Source of the DNA: Calcarisporiella thermophila CBS 279.70
Taxonomy: Eukaryota; Fungi; Calcarisporiellomycota
Assembly: GCF_041956535.1 (NCBI RefSeq)
Contig: NW_027192227.1
Location: 63,968-127,967, forward strand
Reading direction: 5' to 3'
Length of the DNA: 64,000 nucleotides
Positions 12,624 through 25,559 of this stretch are shown piece by piece; position 1 is the stretch's first letter; each line of letters starts with the position of its first letter. The notes beneath the pieces were generated by a model, which made no database searches, was not told the DNA's origin, and saw only the letters and a program-made list of their open reading frames with translations. The position numbers were made by a program, and so were the translations under genes.

Positions 12624-15600
12624 ATGGAGCTCTCCGCGTTAAAAGATGAAAACAATTCTAAATCCGCTCAATGTCCGAGAACAAAAAAGCTTTTAAACAA
12701 TCCATTCAGTAAGCTACGAAAACAAAATGAGGAAGCTCCTAAGATATCCTATTTTCACCTTTATCGATATGCGAGTAAGTTTGATGTACTATTGATTTTG
12801 TAGGTAATCCTATAATTCCAATATGGTCGATTACAGATTTTAAATATATTTTTATAGCCTCGGAATATTGTCTAGTATTACGGCTGGCATTACTAGGTCA
12901 TACACTCTTGTATCATTATGGAAAGCTGTCGCTACTATCACTTCAATAGAAGACTCGGACATTAACAACCAGGATATGATTGGTGTCATTATACCGTTAT
13001 TGGGAATAGTAATTTCAGTCATATTTTCATCGTATTTGTTAAATTGTTTTTGGTCCCTTGCAGGTGAGAACCAGACAAAGGTAAGGAACTATCATCGTTT
13101 GTATGAAATATATTTTGAATGTAATTTATGAATTTTGTACAGAGAATCCGCGAGCTATACTTTCATTCTATTCTCCATCAGGATCAGGGTTGGTTTGATC
13201 TAAATCAGTCGGAGTCGTTCAACACTCGCCTTACGGCTGACACTTTGCTCATTCAAGATGGCCTTTCAGAAAAGGCCGGATTTCTCGTTAAAGACATATC
13301 GTATGCTCTCTGTTGTTTTACGCTAGCATTTTATTATGGATGGAGGCAGTCAATTGTATTACTTGTAATTGTTCCGATAACGATATTTTCGGGAATTGCA
13401 TTTGCATACGTATTAAAAGGGCAGATTGAAAAAATTCAGAATGCTTATTCGAATGCAGGGACCCTAGTAGAACAATGTATTTCCGGAATTCGCACAATTA
13501 CCGCCTTTTCCATGCAGCATCATTTTATTGATCTCTACAATTCTTTTCTCAATGTTGCCTATCGAGCAGGCGTCCAGAATGCTATGAGAACCGGTGAGTC
13601 AAATTAACAGAAATAATTTTGAGAATGGCTATGTTTAATATGAAATCGATTTCAAGGGATTTTTTTGGGATTGGTGGATTTTTTTGAACTTAGTGCCTAT
13701 AGCTTTGGTTTTTGGTATGGAGCTCGCTTAATTTCTCAGGGAGTTATGACAAGAACGGCAGTATTGCAAGCCTTATATTTAATACTTGCAGGGTCAATCG
13801 TATTAGGGTAAATTCACTCAATTCATCACAAATACAATCATTAGAACTCTATCCATCCAAACATTTTTAGTGAAGGAGCACCAAATATCAAAGCTCTCGT
13901 GGAAGCTCAGGTGGCGGCATATAAGATATTTTCAGTCATAGACCGTAAGCCAATTATCACCTCGAGCATTAAATCTCAGAGCGAGAATATAAAATGTAGT
14001 GCTTGCCAAGGAGCGATAACGCTTTGTGATGTCCATTTTAGCTATCCTTCTCGCCCAAAAGTCCCAGTATTGTCAGGAATCGATCTTAGTATTCCAAGTG
14101 GCAAAACGGTCGCACTCGTTGGTGCTTCTGGAGGAGGAAAATCAACCATAACGCATTTGATACAGCGTTTTTATGATCCAACCTCGGGCAAGGTTCTGCT
14201 GGATGGAGTGGAGTTGCGTGAGCTTGATGTAAGTTGGCTGCGGAAGCAAATCGGAGTAGTCGGGCAGGAACCAGTCCTATTCGATGATACTATTCACAAC
14301 AATATTTCCCTTGGAGCACCCGATCGCAACCCGACACAAAAAGAGATCGAAGAAGCTTGCATTATGGCAAATTGTCACGATTTCATCGTTAAACTACCAC
14401 AAGGATATGGTACGAGAGTTGGTGAATTAGGATCTCAGCTATCCGGAGGCCAAAAACAACGTATTGCATTAGCAAGAGCCCTAATTCGTAATCCAGCAAT
14501 TCTGTTGCTAGATGAGGCAACCTCTGCGCTTGATAGCGCATCCGAAAAATTGGTGCAAGAAGCTTTAAATTCAGCTTCTAAAAATCGGACGACTTTAATC
14601 ATTGCACATCGACTCTCTACAATCCGGGAGGCCGATTGGATTGTGGTAGTAGAAAATGGAAAGATAGTTGAGCAGGGCACACATGCACAATTAATGGCAA
14701 ATAAGGGTACTTATATGGCGTATGTGGAGAAACAGCAGCTCAAAGATGATGAGGACAACAACGAAGAGAATTCCGTTGATTCAATCTTCGAGATGACAAG
14801 TAAAGTAGAAGCAGAAAGCAAGACGGTCATAACAAGTGATTCGAAGCATAACAATAATTTGGAGAAGCCAACCGGTGTGAAACTCATCTCAGAAAAACGG
14901 CCATTATACAGAACGGTGCAAATGATGTCCCCGGAATGGAAGTTCATTGGACTAGCTACATTTGGGGGACTTGTAATTGGAGCTGTAAGTTGTTTTCTGC
15001 CTTTATTTAATATTTTAATATGGCCAAATAACTATTTTTTTCCAGGTCTATCCTATTGCTGGTCTGTTAATTGGCCGTATTATTACTGATCTTGGCCTGC
15101 CCGTAGATCAAGTGGAAGAATCTGCCAAATTTTGGTCTCTTTTATTTTGTAAGTAACTCAATTAATATATCAACTAATTTCAGATTAAAATAAATAACTA
15201 CGTCTCAATATAGTCGTGTTAGCTGTCACTGGTTTCTTTGCAGTTATTTTAAGAAGCGGGGTTACTCTTTTTTGTGGTGAACGTTTCGTTCGGCGATTGC
15301 GAGCACAAATATTTAGCAACCTCTTGCGTCAAGAAATTGCATTTTTTGACCACCCAGAACACACTACAAGTGCTCTTACTTACAGATTAGCTAAAGATGC
15401 CACAGAGATATCAGAATTACCAAAATTGATCATCGTTGACGGAGGAAGTGTTTTTTCGGCATTGTTTTTTGGGTTACTAGTAGGTTTTAGTTATGGGTGG
15501 AAATTAACATTGGCACTGCTACCAACAATGCCTCTTGTTATTGGCTCATTGGTAATCCGCTTCAAGTCATTGAATGGGTAATAGTGTTGCAATGTGATTT

Positions 15601-17007
15601 GAAGACAAGGTGCCATAATGCAATTTTAGTTTTTCAGGAAAAGTGGAAAAAGAATATCGACTGGCTGGAATAGTTGCTGGAGAGGCTATTCGTGAAATAA
15701 GGACCATTGCATCACTCGGAGCTGAGCAAGCTTTTGAAAAAAAGTATACAGGTTGGTAATGTGTCTGGCCTTAGCATTCAACAATGTTTGAAGACCGAAT
15801 ATTTATAAAAAGGGTATTGTCAGGTTCCACACAGCTTCGCAATGAAAAAGGCTTTTATTACCTCCATTGGTTTTGGGTTGTCTCAAGGTGTAAATTACCT
15901 CGTCCAAATTTTGGGATTGTATCTCGGAGCACGCTTTATACATTCTGGTGAAATGACATCTCAGCAAGTCGCAGTAGTGTTGTTTACAGTCGTCTGGTCA
16001 TCTCTAGGAGTAAGCCAATTCTCTGGTCAAATGTCCAGATTTGTGAAAGCCAAACAAGCAGCCATCAATTTATTTGAATTGCTTGATAAAAAAACAATGA
16101 TCGATCCAGATGCACCTGGTGAATTTGAAGCAATAGCTCCTGGTACTGCTGAATTGCAAAATATTGCTTTCACCTATCCAATGAGATCCGACACGATTGT
16201 ACTAAGAGATGTGTCAATTCTGATTCGTCGATATCAAAAGATCGCTCTAGTAGGTCCGAGTGGGTGTGGAAAGTCAACCATCATTTCATTGTTACTCCGA
16301 TGGTATGATTGCAACTCGGGTGCAGTATCCGTTGATGGTATAAATGTCAAAGAGTGGCAGCTGGATTCGATGCGACAAAGAATTGCCTATGTTGGTCAAG
16401 AGCCGGTGTTGTTTGATATGACGGTGAGGGAGAATATCTTGCTTGGGCGGCGAAAGGACCAAGAAGTGACACAAGAGGATATCGAAGAGGTGGCAAAGAA
16501 GGCAAACATACACGATTTCATCTGTAGTCTTCCCAATGGATATCATACACGGGTGGGGGATAAAGGAAAGCAGCTGTCAGGAGGTCAAAAGCAAAGAATT
16601 GCTATTGCAAGAGCTCTGCTAAGAAAACCTGAGATCTTGTTGTTGGATGAAGCCACCAGTGCACTGGATTCGGACTCGGAGAAGTTAGTGCAGGAGGCAC
16701 TAGATAGCGCAATGGTGGGACGTACGACACTTGTCATTGCCCATCGATTATCTACGGTGCAAGGTTCAGATTTTATCAGTGGGTGTATCTATATTCTCCA
16801 AAGTTGTATGAATGAATCTAACTTCATATTATTAGTTGTTATGAAAGATGGTGAGATAAAAGAAGCAGGGTAGATTTATATTTTCTTTACTCATTCATCT
16901 CTTGATATCGTATTGACAATGTTACAATTAATAGCGAACATGCCAAGTTGATTGCATATCCTGGAATATATCGCAAGCTACTGAAACAACAGAATCTGAA
17001 TTATTAG
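12624..17007 (+). CDS. Full-size ABCB/MDR (P-glycoprotein-like) exporter, copy A1, 11 exons, apparently intact
   Basis: TMD-NBD-TMD-NBD layout. Walker A GASGGGKS and GPSGCGKS, signature LSGGQKQR twice, Walker [23 protein letters not shown] introns are conserved among copies. Confidence 0.92.
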
Positions 17008-17666
17008 TAATTTAATAGTCCGTGTTCAACAGTCTGTGCCACAGTAGGGTGAGGAGGTTTTATTAAATAGAACGAGCAATTTTCAATGATATCTACGAGA
17101 AATCTCTAAGATCCTCTTTATGGCAGAATCAATATATAAACCCAACGTTAATGAATATAAAAAACAAAGAATTATTTAGTCAAAGATAAGGATGAGTGTA
17201 TATCAGAGATAGACATAAATAGAGTATCATAATATTTGAAAAATAGGAACAGCAATCTAACAAGACTCGAAGTCGGGTGCTTTCTTATATCAAGCTCATA
17301 ATATATCTTATAAGAAATATTTTACCAGAAAATAGTAGAGAATCTTATTACATATCATGTGATAAATAGATGATTCGTCCCACTACACAAGAGAAATACC
17401 TTCGCCATGATCTATTTGTAGTGATATGTTGCTCCTCTCCAACCCTATGCTTATATATTCTAACCTAACCTCGATAGAGCAACTAGATTGAACTAGTGTT
17501 TTTCAACCTTATTTAAAAAATTATTGCAATATGGGATTGGCTGTTCCTAAATCTAGCGGGAATTAAGTTAAGGTGGTTAGTTCTAGATTTCCAATTCCAC
17601 GACAATGTATTTGGAAGCGAATATAGATATCCTGGGTTCCCCATTTCGAGAGTAGCATCTTCTGCC

Positions 17667-19429
17667 ATGTATACCCGCCAATGGCTAGCTGCGCCAATGG
17701 ATACCGCATGCACCACTTATGCTGACGATTCTGTAGATGAAACTGAATACCATCTGCGGGAGAGTCCTAAACTTTGCAATTTACTCATGACTTCAGATGC
17801 TTTGCAATTCCAACTCAAGCTGAATTCATATACCGATCTACATTATCTTCTCAACGCCGAATACCTTTTTAATGGCATCTTATTACCAGAAAAGCTTCTT
17901 CGCCCGCACATATACGCATATACTACCAGCAGAGATCAGATAGGTTATTGCTCTTACTTCAAAATCCCTTCTCTCCCAAAACCAATCGAAGACAAAATCC
18001 TCTGGTGGCCGACAAGATCAAATATTGTCAGAGAGAAACTGCTCAAGGATCAACTTTTTCATGTGTATTTGAGTGCTTGCGGTGTAGATTCTATGCACCC
18101 AGACTGTGAAGCTTTTCTTGAAAGCTACTATAGCTGCGATCTCGAGCCTGCCCTCGTCCACACTGCTGTCGCCAGAGTAGCTATCCACTTATTACTTAAA
18201 CATCCAGAGACTCCTCTTAAAAATAAGCTTCATGCGGTCGTAGGAAGTTGGTTTGAACAAGCAAAACAATCATTGGCGGATGTATTTGATATTCCATCTC
18301 CACTTATTGTACTTGCCTTTATGAATATGGATGCATGTCTGCAGGAGCTTTCACGGTATAATGATGCATACACACTCTACTCGCAGGCTGCCCAAATAGC
18401 ACTTTCTCTACAGATGTATAAGGACGATGCTACAGAGAGAGATCCCGTGAAACTAGAGTTTCGAAGAAGAATCTGGTAATAACAAGCATTTGCTTGCTAC
18501 ATAATTCATATGAATACAATAATACCAAGTAAATCGTATGTTTCCAAGGGCTGATGTTTGCTGGCGAGAGTTATTCTATGTATTTACTTGCGACAAATCC
18601 CCTTTAATAAGCATGGATATCATCAAATCATCTCCTAAACCAATGTTGACAAGGAGGGATAGCGAGACGTATAAGTTGAAAACAGTAATAAGATATAAAA
18701 ATTGCTGATGATTTATTTTATCAAATTAACTAGAAGTTATAGATAACTTTCATAATGAAGGCTGTCACATATTCTAAGCTTTTGGAGTTACAGAACATCG
18801 ATTGGACACTTCCCGATGTTATAATTGTGCAAAACCTTGCTGGCCTTGCTGCATATTTGCTGAACGAACGAATCGAAACGATTCAATACTGCGGTGAAAA
18901 CAGCCTTTTAAAGATTAAGTTGCCTTTTGCAAATTTCAATTTTTGGGAAGATTGGTGTGCACTTTGGCGGCAATTTATTAAATCAGACGCACCTACAGGG
19001 AGATTGGAAACAGATTTAATGCGGCAGTTGCATGTAAAGGCACTCAACGAGTTTGTAAAGGTAAATGTATTTTTGGATTCTGTATACCGGTTGAATGTCG
19101 CATTATACCGTTTACACCCCATTAAGTAGGGTTTAATATATCGCATAAGGTTCATTGCATGGTCGATTAATTCGCAAATCAAATGCATTTTGAGAATCCC
19201 TACGACGATGCATAATATTTGCGAAGATGTTAAATTCATCACTCAAATGCATCCCGGTGTCCGGATACGTCGCAGAATATTCCAGGAGGTTTTCAAAATA
19301 GTAAATAATCTTCCAGCACCGGGAACGAGAGGAATTTTGACACAGCTGCTCACACGTCAATTAATGGATGTATTAGAAGAGATTAAGCCAACAGTATTTT
19401 CAAAGGAGGTGCTGGAAAGAGCAGTCTAA
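17667..19429 (+). CDS. Zn-cluster-less MHR protein, copy 3
   Basis: Four exons splice in frame; EFRRRIW|ADVCWREL. Confidence 0.85.
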
Positions 19430-19607
19430 AATCAAAGCAAAAATATATCAAAAACCGAAAAACAAAAAATACTGGAGTGATTGGATTATACTATATTGTT
19501 ATTTTCATACCATTGTTTAATTTTGAAACAGCAAAAAATAATGTCTTTTGGTATTAATTACTAGAACACTATAATTTTCAACAAAAAATCTCTGATGACC
19601 TAACCTA

Positions 19608-19695
19608 AGCGAAACAATCTTTGAGGGGACGAAAATAGCACTAGAAGAAATTAGTATAAAATTAATACTAAGCCGTAGGATATGCTAGACTCAGT
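19608..19695 (+). repeat. Short DIRS YR/ICR remnant duplicated with the MHR upstream region
   Basis: Matches 27080-27185 (GCGAAACAATCT..GGGGACGAAAATA.CACTAGA...ATACTAAGCCGTAG). Confidence 0.7.
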
Positions 19696-19821
19696 GTTCT
19701 ATGAAAAATTTACAGCATAGTGTGAACTATTGAGACTTGATTCACTGTGGTTCTCAATTTCCAAATCAATAAACCACCACTGAATTTGGAAAGCGAAAAC
19801 AAATATCTTTGATTCTTTCAT

Positions 19822-22800
19822 ATAGACTGCGGACTAGGTCAGCAGTCCACGATGATGAGGCCGTTTTTAAGCTGGCTTACTTCCGTCTAAAAACTGGATC
19901 CAACCTCGCCACACCCCACAAACCGAAAGATCGATAGAGAGCCGCCAGGCGCGTTGCTCTCCCCAATACCATTCCGCGAAAGACAGATGGAATCTATCGG
20001 AAGAACAAGAGGATATGATTAGACACCTTAAATCATACGCTCCAGCCCACACCTTGACCACAAACGAGCGGCAAGATATCTGGGATGACAATCCTCCTCG
20101 GGAGGACTTTAACTACGACCCTCCTTCAATGAACGCAGCAAAGTTGTCGAATATGAGCGCAATGTAGAGAAGACATGACATGAATCTGGCAGAACTTTCA
20201 AAAGAAGTAATACTGATTACGCGTCCTTTGGACATATACTTATGCGATCTATACAAACTGCGCAATGTATTGGGGGAGGAAATATTCCACAGATTTTTCT
20301 ATCGAGGAATTGACGTTCGCAATATGTTATTCATTTGCATCACAGGTCACAGCCGCCAGGCAGCGCGAGTTCCACAAAGCTGCAAACATTCCTGCCAGCG
20401 CTTCTAGTCAAAAAGAAGGAAGGAATCTTGTGTTTGAGGAATGAACTTTGCACGAGAACCTGGCATCGAGAAAAGTCGGAATCCGTCCGCGAAGAAGACG
20501 GATGCAAACCCCCAGGGATGATCCGCAACAGCCACAAGCATACGAACGGTCCTCAAATGCGTCGTAGTCAACCATTCAAACCAAAAAACTGGAAAATGAC
20601 GGGCGGGGCAAATCGGCCCTCCCCGTCCAATGGTTAAGTCACATCGCAAGTCCTCGACAGGTAAAGCCCCGCGTGCCGGTCGGGGGACGGTTGCGAACAT
20701 TCAAAAACGCGTGGTGAGAAATTCCCGCACCAGCTTGGATACACAGAATCGTCAAAGCGGGATACACAATTCAGTTCTGGAAGCAACCAGACCTCAACCA
20801 CCTCTCCCCACCAAAAAGTCTTCCCGCCAATCAAGCAAGCGCAGCAGTCATATCGGTAGAGGTGAGAGCTCTGTTGGAGAAACGGGCGATAGAGGAAGTC
20901 CCGATGAACTCTCCGGGTGTAGTATCCAACATCTTTGTGATCGAGAAACGCTCGGGGAAGTTGCGCCCGGTGGTGGATCTCCGTCGTCTCAATCTATCGG
21001 TGAAGAAGGAGCACTTCAAGATGGAGACGCTCCAGTCAATCCTGCCACTCATACAGAGGCGTGATTGGATGACGTCGATAGACCTCAAGGATGCATTCTT
21101 CCACATCCCGGTTCATACGAAGTCCAGGAGGCTTCTCTAATTTATATGGGCAAGAAATATCATTTCAGAGTTCTCCCCTTCGGACTAACTTCTTCCCTCA
21201 GAATCTTCACCAAAGTCCTTCGCCCCGTCCTTACAGAATGCCGGAAGATGATAATAAGAGTGGCTGCCTACTTGGACGGCCTACTGGTCGCATCTCCGAC
21301 GAAGGAAAAGGCCAGAGAGCACACGCAAACGCTTGTCAATATCCTGGAGAAATATGGCTTCCTAGTGAATCAGGAGAAGTCCGCTCTCATGCCAACGCAA
21401 GTGATCGAGCACTTGGGTTTCAGGATAAATACAGGCAATATGACGCTCAGGCTCCCACGGAAGAAGGTCAGAGACATATCGCGGGTAGCTCTCAAACTCT
21501 CCAAAGTGGGAACAACCACCCCTCGTCAGGTTGCAGCGTTTCTCGGGTCAGCAAACGCGGCATGTCCGGCGATCATGCCAGGAAGACTATTTTCACGCTT
21601 GCTAATGATGGCTCTGACGGCAGCGCTAAATACTGACCCTAACTGGGATTCCACCTTCACGATACCCGAGCAGGGACTGAAGGAACTCGACTGGTGGGCG
21701 CAGGAGTTCAAACGGTGGAACGGGAGGTCATTTCTACCCCCAGCTCCAGCGATATTCGTTACCACAGATGCATCAGGCGATGGCTGGGGGACGCAATTCC
21801 AATCCACGATCATCGGGGGTCCTTGGTCCCAAGAAGAGAGGGAGTTCCATATCAACTGGAAAGAACTCAAAGCCGTGGAACTTTGCCTGGAAGCGTTTCC
21901 GACTCTCAAGGATATAACTATACTAATCCGGATAGAGAATAGCACGGCCCTAGCGTATATCAACAATCACGGGGAGACGCGTTCACCACGTTTCAACGAA
22001 ATTGCTCAAAGGATATTGAAATTCTGCCTAGAATGGCGCATACAATTGGTCGTAGAGCATATTACAGGCAGCCTGAATATGAAAGCAGACGTGGCCTCGC
22101 GGCAAATAAGGGCGAGCTAATCCTGGTACATCGACAGACGCTAGTTCGCCAGAATCGAGAAGACATGGGGACCTCATACGGTTGATTTTTTCGCAGACAG
22201 GTTAATTATTCCAATCCTCCATGGGCATTGATATCCCGCACTTGCGCAAGATAATAATCGATCAGATCGATATGACGTTGGTGACACCCCACTGGTCTTC
22301 AGCTCCGTGGTTCCCATTGCTACAACAACTGAGGCTAGCGGGACCTATCAAATTCCCGCGGAAAGCGATTCGCCTCGCAACCCCGTTGACGAAACATCCT
22401 CTCAAGATCAAGTCGTGACTTTTGACCGCCTGGCGCATCTCAGGGAGGAATTGCGATCAAAGGGTTTGACCTTAGAGGCACAAAGGATCGTTTTACAGCA
22501 CCAGGAAACCTCAGGAAAACACCGTAGCTAACTTTCAGCACAAAAGAAATGGATCTCATAGTGCAATGAAAATGGAGTCACTCCTTTTCTTGTCCCTGCT
22601 TCACGATCCCACCCTTCACTTCTTTTCTTTTTCCATTTTACTTTGTTTATTGTACCATTAATTATTTTCTTTAATTTCTTTTAATTCCCCTTCTTCTTCT
22701 CGGGAAAGGTCAAGGAGTCGTACTTGCAGAACGACAACCTTATATAGTTTTAATCCTCACTTTTTATTATCTAAGTAAATTTCACTGAATTCCATTCTTA

Positions 22801-22986
22801 CTTCAAATTCTCTGATAGATCTAGTCAATCTGTTAATCTGTTAATCTTTTAATTTTTTTCCTTTTTTATTCTTCTGGAAGTAGCTCAAATTTGACCAATA
22901 AACGGCCTCATCATCGTGAAGCATGGACTGCTGATTGCCAATTCCGTTTCGACTAAGCTGTCGCATACGCTAGGCTTAGTATCGAA
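19822..22986 (+). mobile_element. Defective DIRS1-like retrotransposon with inverted termini, inserted in the leader of MHR copy 4
   Basis: Left ITR ..TCAGCAGTCCACGATGATGAGGCCGTTT and right ITR AAACGGCCTCATCATCGTGAAGCATGGACTGCTGA. Contains gag, RT (LRPVVDLRRLN, DLKDAFFH, LPFGL, YLDG), RNase H (TDAS..GWG, HINWKEL) and a methylase remnant. Stops and frameshifts are present and most of the YR is deleted. Confidence 0.92.
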
Positions 22987-22997
22987 TTCAAGAGCAA

Positions 22998-24770
22998 ATG
23001 TCTTCCGCCATTGTCACCCGCCGATTGCTAGCTGTTCCAATGAATACCGTATACCCTACTTCTGCAGACGATTCTATAGATGAAACTGAAAATCATCTGC
23101 GGGAGCATCCTAATCTTTGGGATATACTCAAGAATTCAGATGCTTTGCAATTCCAACTCAAGCTGAATTCATACACCGATCTACATCATCTTCTCAACGC
23201 TCAATTTTTTTTGGATGGCATCTTACTACCGGAAAACCTTTTCAATCCTCAGCTATGTACTACAGTTACCAACAGTCAGTGTATAGAATACTGCTCTTAC
23301 TTCAAATGCCTTTCTCTTCCGAAACGAATTGATGACAAAATCTTCAGATGGCCAACAAGATTTAATATTGCCAAAGAGAAACTGCTCATGGATCAACTTT
23401 TTCATGTATATTTGAGTGCTTGCTGTGTAGACTCTATACATCCAGACCGGGAAGCTTTTCTTAAATGCTATTACTGTTGCGAACTCGAGCCTGCCCTCGT
23501 CCACACCGCCGTCGCATATGCAGCTATCCATTTATTGCTTAAGCATCCAGAAAAACCCCTAAAGAGTAAGCTTCATGCGGCTGTAGTGAGTCTATTTGAA
23601 CAGGCTAAACAGTCATTGGCAGACGTATTTGATGTCCCATCACCACAGATAGTACTTGCCTTTTTAAATATGAATAATTGTCTACAACTGCTTTCTCGTT
23701 ATAAAGATTCATATGCATTGTATTCCCAGCTTGTACAGATGGCCCACTCTCTTCATATGGACAAGGACGATGCTACTGAGAAGGATCCTGTGCAGCTAGA
23801 GTTTCGAAGAAGAATCTGGTAATAGCATGCATTTATTTGCTACATATGTTAAGTGTGTATACATTGTCATTATGTGAATCAAATATTTCAAAGGGCTGAT
23901 GTTTGCATGCGCGAATTGCTCTATGTATTTTATTTCGACATGCCGTCTCTGATAACCATGGATATCATCAAATCATCTCCTAAACCGACGGTGACAGCGA
24001 GAGATAGCGAGTCGTATAAGTGTAAAATGGTAATAGCTGCCATTAAATTATATCATTCCAAATTAGCTAAATAGATAATTCAGGTACAATTTTTATTGGA
24101 TATTATCACTTATTCTAAGCTCATGGCGCTACAGAACATTGATTGGACCCTCCCCGATGTTATAATTGTGCAAAACCTTGCTGGCCTTGCTGCATACTTG
24201 CAAAATGAACAAACAGAAACATTTCAATACTGTGGTGAAAGCGACCTGCAAAAGATTTATTTTCCTATTGCAAATTACAATTTTTGGGAACAGTGGTGTG
24301 CACTTTGGCGACAATTTATCAAGTCAGACGCACCTACAGGGAGATTGGAAACAGATTTAATGCAGCAGTTGCGTGTAAAGGCACTCAACGAGTTTATTAA
24401 GGTAAATGTAATTTTGGATTCTGTATACCGGTTGAATGGCGCATTATACCGTTTACACCCCATTAAGTAGGGTCTAATATATCGCATAAGGTTCATTGCA
24501 TGGTCGATTAATTCGCAAATCAAATGTTTTTTGAGAATCCCTACGACGATGCATAATATTTGCGAAGATGTTAAATTCATCACTCAAATGCATCCCGGTG
24601 TCCGGATACGTCGCAGAATATTCCAGGAGATTTTCAAAATAGTAAATATTCTGCAATCACCGGAAACGAGAGGAATTTTGACACAGCTGCTCACACGTCA
24701 ATTAATGGATGTATTAGAAGAGATTAAGCCAACAGTATTTTCAAAGGAGGTGCTGGAACGAGCAGTCTAA
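22998..24770 (+). CDS. Zn-cluster-less MHR protein, copy 4 (shifted start codon)
   Basis: Four exons in frame. The canonical ATG position reads ATT, and an in-frame ATG lies 4 codons upstream. Confidence 0.82.
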
Positions 24771-25042
24771 TATAGGCAGAAAAATATCAGAAATTGGAAA
24801 AAAAACTATATTGGGGTGGTTGGATTATGTATTTTTATTGCGTAATTTAAATATGAAACGACGAAAATAATGCTTTACTGAATAGACTACTTGAACATTG
24901 TGTCATTTCCAACATTAATGAAAACAGCTAAAAGATTCTATATTATACGGTATCTGTCGAAGGCTGTCTCCCTATTGCAATTTTTACTTTAGCATGATAA
25001 TTTCTTCGCAAATAATTCCTATATTAACAACACTTAGCCCCT

Positions 25043-25350
25043 TGTAATTTTGGCAAAACAAACCACTGGAACCATACTTATCTGAGCCTGCATATTTGAG
25101 TCTCACAATTTGGATGATAACAATTTCTCTATCTTTTTATTTTTTAATTGCTATAATCAAATTCTTGCTTGTTCAAATCTATGGTTTTATTTTATTGTTC
25201 CTCACCGATTAGCTCTCTTTATTAAGTCTATCCTAGTGCACCGTTACAATTGGTGCTTAGCTATTAAATGTTGTTAAGATTGTTTCTTGGCAGCGCTGAT
25301 TTGTTTAGGATATATGGTGACCGAGTGCACTCTTTGCTTTGCAACCAATG
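25043..25350 (+). mobile_element. Gypsy 5' LTR/PBS remnant
   Basis: ..CACCGTTACA|ATTGGTG (LTR end at 25248 plus PBS-like TGG), homologous to ~29470-29790. The start is approximate. Confidence 0.6.
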
Positions 25351-25559
25351 CTTTCACGATATATTTACAGCAATGAAGTAGCTCTTGTAAAATGGAGAAT
25401 AAAAAGGGAGAAATACAACATTTCACAGCATATCAAATATATTCCATTTGCTTTCAAACATTATTATTATTTTTGCTAATATCGTCAACCTAACAAAGGC
25501 AGAAATAAAGATGACAGTTTATTTAGACGACCTATTGATCCGGTGTCGTCATTGAAGTT

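Noticed and set aside
19665-22982. Outer inverted repeat defining a larger element from 19665 to 22982
   Set aside because: The sequence at 19700-19821 is MHR leader, and the 19608-19695 block is a co-duplicated copy of 27080-27185. It is better explained as an ICR remnant.
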